From an uncultured Opitutus sp. (GTDB lineage: Bacteria > Verrucomicrobiota > Verrucomicrobiia > Opitutales > Opitutaceae), in assembly GCA_964476565.1 (NCBI GenBank), contig CAYZBG010000001.1:64405-128404 (forward strand): a stretch of 64,000 bases of DNA. The letters are read 5' to 3'. Position numbers and translations under genes: made by a program. The first letter of the stretch is position 1. Each line of letters starts with the position of its first letter. This document shows positions 1 to 6,811 of this stretch, one piece after another. A model generated the notes under the pieces. It saw only the letters and a list, made by a program, of their open reading frames with translations, ran no database searches and was not told the DNA's origin.

Positions 1-861
1 GGACGTCCGGGCTTGGCCTTGTTCGCCGCGTTCTTGGTCGCGCTCACCCGTCTCACCATGCCGTGGGCGCTGACGCGGTTGCTGCCCCGCACCGGAGTGG
101 CCGGAGACCCTTGGCGGCTTTGCGATGGGGTGGGGCGCTGCCGGTGCGAAGCGGAGCGTTGCGATCCGGACCGTCGTTCCCTGGCCAAGCTGACGACGGA
201 GCAGCGCGAGCTCGAGGCGCAGCGCGCCGCGCTTGGAGCGGAGGCGATTCCCGGGCCCCGCGTGCGTCCGCTGGCCGGGCTCGGCGTTGCCGCCGGCATC
301 ATGCAGACGGCCGCTGCGGTCTGCGCTGTGTGGCTCGGCAGCGAGGCCTGGTTCCAGTTTCGGCCCGGACCGGATACGGCCCCTTCGCCGGCATCGGGGG
401 AGACGGCCGCCGTGTCCACGCCCCTCCAGGAGCCGGTCGACCAGGTGGAGTCAGGAAAATTTGAATACGTCGATGAGGGTTTTGGCCGCGGCCTGCGCGG
501 ACCGCTTGAGCCCTGGACCTTGCATGCTCCCGCGGCGCCGGTGGAGGCCTTGCCCGTCGAGGCACGGGTCCCAGCCCGGCCGGCCCAGACCGCGCATGCC
601 TTGGTCAGCATCGAGCTGCTACTGCGGCCCTACGCGCGCAACGCCGTCAACGCCTTGGTGGCGGTGCGGGTGCCGTCCACGACGGGCCGGACTGAGTTGA
701 TGATTTTCAACGGCCGAAGCCGCCGACCTCTCGATGCCATGGCATTGCGCCTGACCTCTGAGCTAACCGAACGCACCTGGTACCAGTACGACCGCTGCCG
801 CGTGGTCTTTCTCGGTGAACCCCGTCAGCTCGTCGGGGAGATTTCCCTTGCGCCACCCTGA
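1..861 (+). CDS. hypothetical protein, possibly 5'-truncated by the window edge
   Basis: The reading frame is open from nt 1 (track ORF 13..861). I recognise no family. The middle is Ala/Pro-rich. Confidence 0.35.
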   Translation, partial: GRPGLALFAAFLVALTRLTMPWALTRLLPRTGVAGDPWRLCDGVGRCRCEAERCDPDRRSLAKLTTEQRELEAQRAALGAEAIPGPRVRPLAGLGVAAGIMQTAAAVCAVWLGSEAWFQFRPGPDTAPSPASGETAAVSTPLQEPVDQVESGKFEYVDEGFGRGLRGPLEPWTLHAPAAPVEALPVEARVPARPAQTAHALVSIELLLRPYARNAVNALVAVRVPSTTGRTELMIFNGRSRRPLDAMALRLTSELTERTWYQYDRCRVVFLGEPRQLVGEISLAPP

Positions 862-887
862 GCTCTTTGCGGCCATGGGGGTTCATC

Positions 888-2034
888 ATGATCGCCCCCG
901 AGACCTTTTCTCACATCGAGCACATCAAGAAGCGCGCCGGACACCTGTGGAGGTTTCTTTGACGTCGAACAAAAGCAGCGCGAGATCGAGGCCATGGAGG
1001 CGCAGATGGGCGCCCCTGAGTTCTGGGATAACAACGAGCGCGCCCAGAAGCACATCGGCAAGCTGAATGGTCTGAAGAAGACGATCGGTCCGATTGTCGA
1101 CTTCCAGAAACGGCTGGGGGATGTCGACGTCATGCTCGAGTTGATCGAGGCAGGCTCCGAATCCGAGAAGGAGGAATATTCGCGTGAACTGGAGTCCCAG
1201 GTCTCCGCGATGGTGTCCGAGTTGGAGCAGATCGAGATCGACGCCTTCCTCACTGGCCAGTTCGACCGCAACAACGCCATCCTCTCCATCCAGGCCGGAG
1301 CCGGCGGCACGGAGTCCAACGATTGGGCCGACATGCTCTTCCGCATGTACTCGCGCTGGGCCGAGCGTCGCGACTTCAAGCTCGAGTTGATGGACGTGCA
1401 GCCGGGCGACACCGCCGGGATCAGCAAGGCCACCCTGCTCATCAAGGGCGAAAACGCCTACGGGTACTGCAAGGCCGAACGCGGCGTGCACCGCCTCGTG
1501 CGCATCAGCCCCTTCGATTCGAACGCCCGGCGCCACACCTCGTTTTGCGCGGTGGACGTGATCGCGGAGATCACGGACGAAATCAAAATCGAGGTGCCCG
1601 AAGGCGAACTGCGCATCGATGTGTACCGTTCCTCCGGCAAGGGGGGCCAGGGCGTCAACACCACTGACTCCGCCGTGCGCATCACGCACCTTCCGACCGG
1701 CATCGTTGTCGTCTGCCAAAACGAACGTTCCCAGATCAAGAACAAGGCCGCCGCGCTCAACGTGCTGAAGGCCCGTCTGTACGAGAAGAAGCAGGACGAA
1801 CAGCGCGCCGAGATGGACAAGTTCTACGGCGAGAAGGGCGAAATCGGCTTCGGCGCCCAGATCCGCAGTTACGTCCTTCAACCGTACCAGATGGTGAAGG
1901 ACCTGCGCACGGGGGTCAGCACGAGCGACACCCAGGGCGTGCTCGATGGCGACCTCGACCGTTTCATCTACGCCTGGCTCCGGGCCGGCTGCCCGCGGCA
2001 CCGGAACAAGGAAATCCAGATGGACGACGAGTGA
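888..2034 (+). CDS. prfB: peptide chain release factor 2, made by a programmed +1 frameshift (frame-0 ORF 888..959 joined to 961..2034)
   Basis: ORF 994..2034 has the RF2 SPF motif ([15 protein letters not shown]) and the GGQ motif ([10 protein letters not shown]). A short upstream ORF starts at ATG 888 and ends CTT TGA at 957-962, and the +1 frame continues [17 protein letters not shown]. Confidence 0.95.
949..963 (+). other. RF2 autoregulatory +1 frameshift site (GGAGG-TTT-CTT-TGA-C)
   Basis: An SD-like GGAGG (949-953) lies 3 nt upstream of CTT TGA C. This is the same architecture as E. coli prfB. Confidence 0.85.
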
Positions 2035-2057
2035 CCGGCGCGCCACGGGCGCGCCGG

Positions 2058-2236
2058 GATGACGAATGACCGATGGCGAATGACGAATGACTTGGGATTC
2101 TTTGCGTTGACGCCGGGGAGGTCGGAGAATCGGCAACCGAGGATGTCGGTGCGCAGCGAATCGGATGGAGGTGAATCCGTTCGACCCGCTTCGCGCATTC
2201 GACATTCGTCATTAATCATTCGTCATTGCCGTCATG
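2058..2236. repeat. inverted arrays of tandem heptamers (GAATGAC units / GTCATTC units) flanking a ~103-nt spacer
   Basis: The left arm 2058-2091 reads GATGAC GAATGAC CGATGGC GAATGAC GAATGAC. The right arm 2195-2236 reads CATTC GACATTC GTCATTA ATCATTC GTCATTG CCGTCAT and overlaps the ATG at 2234. Confidence 0.7.
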
Positions 2237-3649
2237 CCTGATCTTTCCCGGGACGATCTCCGCGCCGCCTTTGCCGCCCAGCCACTGTTCGAGGCCAAGA
2301 CGTGGCAACTGTCGCCGGAGGCGTGGCCGCTGACACGGGAGCAGCACGCCCAGCTGGAGGCGATCGGTGCCGCCTGCCTGGAGTTCCATCAGGCCGTTGA
2401 GACCCTTTATCTGCGCTCGGCTGCGGGCAAGAATCTGCTGCGCAACAAGCCGCTCGTTGCGCCGTGGGTGGCCGACTACCTCGATCGCGGCAAACCGCCG
2501 GCCTTGGTGGCGCACGCCCGCGATCCAAGGAACCGCGGCGCGTTTCCGACCGTGCTCCGGCCGGACCTGCTGTTGACCGAGGAGGGGTTCGTCATGACCG
2601 AGCTGGATTCGGTCCCGGGGGGCATCGGACTGACAGCGTTTCTCAACCGGCTTTACGGCGGAGGCCAGCCGGCGACGGATGCGCGCGTGCTCGGCGCGGG
2701 CGATGCGATGATCCGCGGGTTCTACGATTCCCTGGCAGCCTTGCGGGCCGATGCGCGCAATCCGCTGATTGCGTTGGTCGTAAGCGACGAGGCTGCGACG
2801 TACCGTCCGGAGATGCAATGGCTCGCGACGCAGCTGCAACTGCAGGGCAAGCGCGTGTTCTGCCTCGAGCCGGACGATGTCTTTCCGCTCGGCAGCTCGC
2901 TCTGTTTCGACGTGGAGGGCAACCCGGAGAAAATCGACATCATCTATCGTTTCTTTGAGCTGTTCGATTTGACCAACATTCCGACGGCGCATTTCTTCTT
3001 CGAAGCGTGGGCGGCCGGCGAGGTGGTGATCGCCCCGCCGCTGCGGCCTTTTCAGGAGGAGAAGCTCAACCTTGCGCTGTTCCACCATCACCTGCTGCAG
3101 GATTTCTGGCGCGAGCATCTCGGCGGACGCACCCTGAAGTTGCTGCAGCAGCTCATCCCTCCGTCGTGGATTGTCGATCCGGCGCCGCTGCCGCCTGGAG
3201 CCGTCCTCGACGGGCCGCGCGTGGGCGGGCGTCCTCTCACTGACTGGCGCCAACTCGCCGGCGCTTCGCAGAAAGAGCGTGAGCTCATCCTCAAGATCTC
3301 CGGTTACCATGAGAGCGCGTGGGGAGCGCGCAGCGTCGTGCTCGGCAGCGATTGTTCGCGCGAGGAATGGCAGGCCGGGCTCGACCTGGCGGTGAAGGAT
3401 GCGCCCGCCAATCCCCACATCCTCCAGACGTTCAAGAAACCGATGCGGGCCCGGCACCGGCTGTATGCCTCCACCGGGACCGACGAAGCGGTGGAACGCG
3501 AAGGACGGCTGCGCCTGTGTCCGTACTATTTTGTCCAGGAAGGCACAGCCCGGCTCAGCGGAGCGCTGGCCACCTTCTGCCCGCCCGACAAGAAGATCAT
3601 CCATGGCATGCAGGATGCCGCCCTGCTGCCGTGCCGGATCCGCGATTGA
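2234..3649 (+). CDS. conserved hypothetical protein; possible ATP-grasp / glutathionylspermidine-synthase-like fold (unverified)
   Basis: A 471-aa ORF with protein-like, non-biased composition. The antisense 527-aa ORF is Arg/Pro-rich junk. The fold suggestion comes only from my recollection of similar proteins. Confidence 0.6.
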   Translation: MPDLSRDDLRAAFAAQPLFEAKTWQLSPEAWPLTREQHAQLEAIGAACLEFHQAVETLYLRSAAGKNLLRNKPLVAPWVADYLDRGKPPALVAHARDPRNRGAFPTVLRPDLLLTEEGFVMTELDSVPGGIGLTAFLNRLYGGGQPATDARVLGAGDAMIRGFYDSLAALRADARNPLIALVVSDEAATYRPEMQWLATQLQLQGKRVFCLEPDDVFPLGSSLCFDVEGNPEKIDIIYRFFELFDLTNIPTAHFFFEAWAAGEVVIAPPLRPFQEEKLNLALFHHHLLQDFWREHLGGRTLKLLQQLIPPSWIVDPAPLPPGAVLDGPRVGGRPLTDWRQLAGASQKERELILKISGYHESAWGARSVVLGSDCSREEWQAGLDLAVKDAPANPHILQTFKKPMRARHRLYASTGTDEAVEREGRLRLCPYYFVQEGTARLSGALATFCPPDKKIIHGMQDAALLPCRIRD

Positions 3650-3702
3650 CCGGACCGCGGGAGGCGTTACCTCAGCGGGACACGCGTAACCCTCCGTCAC
3701 CT

Positions 3703-5565
3703 GTGCTCCCTTCCACGTTTTTCCTGCGGTCCTCCGTTCGTGCCTCGTTGCGCGGCTCCTTCCTGGCGGCCGGTCTGGCCTGGATTTCGCTGGGTGCACC
3801 GATGCCGGCGTTCGCGCAAACGGATCTGGCTACCTGGCGCACTCGGGCCGCCCAAGGCGATGCGGAGGCGCTCAACGCCTTGGGCAACGCCCATGCGCTG
3901 GGGCAGGGCGTGCCGCGGGATGACAATGAGGCCCTCCGCTACTACCAGGAGGCGGCCAAGTCGGGGTATGCGCCTGCCTGCTTCAATCTTGGCCTGATCT
4001 ACGAACTCGGCCGCGGCGTCCCACGCAACGAAGCTGAGGCCGCGCGCTGGTATCGGCAGGCGGCGGCCCAAAATCATCCGCGGGCCGCATTGCAACTCGC
4101 CGTGCTGCTCGAGGATGGCCGGGGCGTCACGCGCAACGAGCCCGAAGCCGCCCGGCTTTACCGGATCGCTGCGGAGCAAGGAATCGGGGCGGCTCAGACC
4201 AGCCTCGGACTGATGCTCGCCGCCGGTCGCGGTGGCTTGGACATCAACCTTCCCGAAGCGCTGGCATGGCTGACACTGGCGGTCGACCAGGGGGCACCTC
4301 CGGCCAGCCGAGATCTGATCCTTGCCCGTCTCACTCCGGAGCAGAAGGCCCAAAGTGATCGTCTGCTCGTAGATCTGCGCGGCCGGCTCAGTGCTTCGGC
4401 CCCGGTGGTACCCGTGACCAGCCTTCCGGCGACACCGTCCCCGGTGGCCGAACCGACGGCGGTCGCAGCCGCCGCCGTTGCTGCGAGCGCCTCTGCCAGC
4501 CCGGCCGCGGTGGCGCCCCGTGACGACACGTCGGTGGCGGATTTGCGCGCTTCCCTCGTGCAGTTGCGTACCGAGAATCGTGAACTCTCGGCCGCGCTGA
4601 CCGAGGCGGGCCGCGAGACTCGGCGGCTCGAGCAGGAGGTCGCGAGCCTTCGCGCCGCACCGGCTCAAGGGGTGTCAGCCCCCGCCGAAGCGCCCAGGCC
4701 TTCGCCGGACGCCGCTGCCCTTGCGACCCTTCAGGCGGCCCATGCGACCTTGCAAACGGACCTCGTGACGGCCCGCAAGACGATCGACGAACAGCTCAAA
4801 CTCATCGCCGAACTCACCGACGCGGTGGAGGCGGCCAAAGCGTCGGCTGCCGCGGTGGCAACGTCCCCGGAGACCCCGGTACCGTCGGTTTCCCCGGCCA
4901 CCTCGAACGTCGAACTCGAACTCGCCCGTGCCGATGCGGCCGCGCTGCGGGCGCAAGTGGAGACGTTGACCGCCGATCTCGCCAACCGCACGCGCGAACG
5001 CGATGAGGCGCTGGCTCGCACCCCACCGGCTCCCTCTCCCGGGCCCGGCGTACCGGATGATTCCATCTGGGTGGCACGGCTCGCGGCCGCCAACCAGATT
5101 GCCGCCGGGTTTCAGGCGCAGGTCACCGAACTTTCCGCTGCCAACGTCGCCCTCCAAGAGGAATTGGCCCAGCTTCGGGCCGATGTCGCCCGGCTCTCCG
5201 GGGCCATGCGGGTGCTGAGAGGCGACAATGCCCGACTCGCCGCGCAGGTCGGGGTCAATCCGGTGCCAGGCAACGTGCCGGTGCTGCGTCTTCCTCCTGC
5301 TCCGGTGGTCAGCTTCAATCCCGGACGTGCGGCGCCTTCGCGTCCCGGTCAGGCTCCGGCTGCTGTTCCCGCCCCGGCAGCGACCCTCTCGCTGGCAGGG
5401 GAGGAGGCCCGGTTTCACACCGTGGCGCCCGGCGACTCGTTGAGCGCACTCAGCCTGCGCTATTACGGCAACGCGCGCCGATGGACCGAGATTTTCGAGG
5501 CCAATCGCAGTGTGCTGCGCACGCCCAACCGTCTGAGCGTGGGTCAACGGCTGCGGATTCCCTGA
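3703..5565 (+). CDS. secreted Sel1-repeat protein with an Ala/Pro-rich coiled-coil region and a C-terminal LysM domain
   Basis: Repeated Sel1 motifs are present (A..LG..Y..G.GV.R). The C-terminus FHTVAPGDSLSALSLRYYGNARRWTEIFEANR...GQRLRIP is LysM-like. An in-frame GTG at 3703 gives a signal peptide ending AFA-Q. The track start at 3319 would overlap the upstream gene. Confidence 0.75.
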   Translation: MLPSTFFLRSSVRASLRGSFLAAGLAWISLGAPMPAFAQTDLATWRTRAAQGDAEALNALGNAHALGQGVPRDDNEALRYYQEAAKSGYAPACFNLGLIYELGRGVPRNEAEAARWYRQAAAQNHPRAALQLAVLLEDGRGVTRNEPEAARLYRIAAEQGIGAAQTSLGLMLAAGRGGLDINLPEALAWLTLAVDQGAPPASRDLILARLTPEQKAQSDRLLVDLRGRLSASAPVVPVTSLPATPSPVAEPTAVAAAAVAASASASPAAVAPRDDTSVADLRASLVQLRTENRELSAALTEAGRETRRLEQEVASLRAAPAQGVSAPAEAPRPSPDAAALATLQAAHATLQTDLVTARKTIDEQLKLIAELTDAVEAAKASAAAVATSPETPVPSVSPATSNVELELARADAAALRAQVETLTADLANRTRERDEALARTPPAPSPGPGVPDDSIWVARLAAANQIAAGFQAQVTELSAANVALQEELAQLRADVARLSGAMRVLRGDNARLAAQVGVNPVPGNVPVLRLPPAPVVSFNPGRAAPSRPGQAPAAVPAPAATLSLAGEEARFHTVAPGDSLSALSLRYYGNARRWTEIFEANRSVLRTPNRLSVGQRLRIP

Positions 5566-5630
5566 CGGGCGGCCGACGGCTTTGCCCTTGTACGGGGCAT
5601 GAGCTACGCCTAAGGCTTCCGCGCGTGAGC

Positions 5631-5673
<43 letters not shown>

Positions 5674-5766
5674 TTGTATCGATTTTTTCAATACGTTTCG
5701 CAACATTTCAGAACGCTGCTTACAGAGGAGAAATCGACGTCTCGCGATTTCATGGGGGCCTGTTCG

Positions 5767-5818
5767 ATTTCACACAATTCCACTGGATCGGGGCGAAATG
5801 TGTGAAATCGGGTGTGAA
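5767..5818 (+). promoter_or_regulatory. candidate integrase/Xis arm-type binding module (left arm)
   Basis: ATTTCACACAATTC ... GCGAAATGTGTGAAATCGGGTGTGAA matches, in the same orientation, GTTTCACTCACAATTC GCAAAATGTGTGAAACGACGTGTGAA at 15280-15321. Confidence 0.5.
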
Positions 5819-5873
5819 TTTTTCGGCCGCGCGTACGATTTGACCCGGGACCAAAACCCGCCAGCCTCGGCAC

Positions 5874-6083
5874 GTGATCGGCTTGGTTCTAGCTCCCGTC
5901 TACCTGCTCGTTGCTTGGGTTTTCGCCCTGGTCGTGTGGAATCAGGCCGTCGCTTGGTGGAACGATCCAACCGAAACCCCGCTGCGCATCGGCCTTGCCG
6001 GGCTGTTCATCTGCTTCGGCCTGCTCGTTGCGTACCATCTTGGGGTTGCCCTGATCAACCGCCTTCGAGGCCGGCGCGAGTGA
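5874..6083 (+). CDS. small hydrophobic (2-TM) protein; the only plus-strand gene of the island
   Basis: A 69-aa ORF with a GTG start and two hydrophobic segments (LVLAPVYLLVAWVFALVVW and GLAGLFICFGLLVAYHLGVAL). Confidence 0.5.
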   Translation: MIGLVLAPVYLLVAWVFALVVWNQAVAWWNDPTETPLRIGLAGLFICFGLLVAYHLGVALINRLRGRRE

Positions 6084-6084
6084 A

Positions 6085-6114
6085 CAAAAAAGCCCCGGCG
6101 TTTCGGCCGGGGCT
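6085..6114 (-). terminator. rho-independent terminator ending the leftward island operon
   Basis: The stem is AGCCCCGGC / GCCGGGGCT. On the minus strand it is followed by TTTTTTG. Confidence 0.6.
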
Positions 6115-6131
6115 GTGAGAGTGCGACTGGT

Positions 6132-6416
6132 TCAGCGTGCCGACTTTCTCGGCAACTTGCCGTTCAGAGGAGGGAGAACCTCCGGCCGGTAGACCAGCCT
6201 GAAGAGATGACTCGGGATCGTGCCCCGAGGAAAGCCAATCTTCTCGCCAAGCACACGGACGTACTCTCGCTCGCCAATTGTCGAGGAGACGATTTCAAAC
6301 CATGCGGCCTCGACGTAATGGAGCCTGCCGACGAAGTGTGCGTGATCCCAGTCCGACGGGCTGCCGATCCAGCGAACGCGGTCACCTCTACGGAATGTGT
6401 GCTTCGGGCGCTTCAT
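6132..6416 (-). CDS. hypothetical protein (second gene of a 2-gene cassette)
   Basis: A 94-aa ORF whose ATGA overlaps the stop of the upstream gene by 4 nt. No family recognised. Confidence 0.55.
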   Translation of the reverse strand: MKRPKHTFRRGDRVRWIGSPSDWDHAHFVGRLHYVEAAWFEIVSSTIGEREYVRVLGEKIGFPRGTIPSHLFRLVYRPEVLPPLNGKLPRKSAR

Positions 6417-6658
6417 GACGCCCTCCCGGCCAGGGCTTCGGATGCATCGCGATGGGCTGCAAGCGCGTCACGAACCATAACGTCGTCATCGATATCGCCA
6501 TCTCGGATGGCGGCTCGGACGGCCTTGACGAAGGGCGGCCCGTCGGGGACATCCCCAAAACGCTCCCGTGGACTGTGTGTTTCGCCTTCGATGAAGGAAC
6601 GCGCAAGGGCGCGGATGTACTTGGCTGTGCGGGCTGAGACTTGGACTGTGTGTTTCAT
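6413..6658 (-). CDS. hypothetical small protein, possible ribbon-helix-helix regulator/antitoxin
   Basis: From ATG 6658 the sequence MKHTVQVSARTAKYIRALARSF resembles an RHH strand-helix. Palindromes lie immediately upstream. Confidence 0.45.
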   Translation of the reverse strand: MKHTVQVSARTAKYIRALARSFIEGETHSPRERFGDVPDGPPFVKAVRAAIRDGDIDDDVMVRDALAAHRDASEALAGRAS

Positions 6659-6663
6659 GAGCA

Positions 6664-6741
6664 TGGAATGGATACACATTCCAGTGTCCAGAACCACGCG
6701 TTAGCGTCAATTCGTAACAACCTAATTACAAGGTTGTTACG
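6664..6741 (-). promoter_or_regulatory. two palindromes upstream of the 2-gene cassette (candidate operators)
   Basis: TGGAATG-N6-CATTCCA lies at 6664-6683, just upstream of ATG 6658. A perfect 11-bp inverted repeat CGTAACAACCT-N7-AGGTTGTTACG lies at 6713-6741. Confidence 0.4.
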
Positions 6742-6811
6742 TCGAGTCTCAAGAGGGGCACCATCCGTCAGAGTACGCGAGGCATACGCACAAACGCCGC
6801 ACAAAGGCCCG

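Noticed and set aside
925-2205. 426-aa minus-strand ORF antisense to prfB. Similar long antisense ORFs occur at 2216..3799(-), 3697..4668(-), 14123..15337(+), 19664..21028(+), 23235..24392(+), 24374..25765(+), 30314..31381(-), 32364..33497(-), 38077..39552(-), 38787..40148(+), 48997..50907(-), 55277..56218(+) and 57766..58686(+).
   Set aside because: These are shadow ORFs typical of high-GC DNA. They lie antisense or out of frame to genes with unmistakable conserved products, and their translations are Arg/Gly/Pro/Ala-rich and low in complexity.
2058-2236. Possibility that the heptamer arrays (this locus and 43471-43596) are CRISPR arrays.
   Set aside because: The units are 7 nt and directly tandem with no spacers, there are only ~5 copies per arm in inverted orientation, and no cas genes are in the window.
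2059-2241. 60-aa ORF (MTNDRWRMTND...IRHSSLIIRHCRHA) covering the heptamer element.
   Set aside because: Its repetitive peptide sequence is simply the translation of the tandem 7-mers, and it runs into the start of the next gene. There is no coding support.
3319-3702. The upstream 128 codons of track ORF 3319..5565.
   Set aside because: They overlap the 3' end of ORF 2234..3649 and translate to Arg/Pro-rich sequence. An in-frame GTG at 3703 gives a proper signal peptide.
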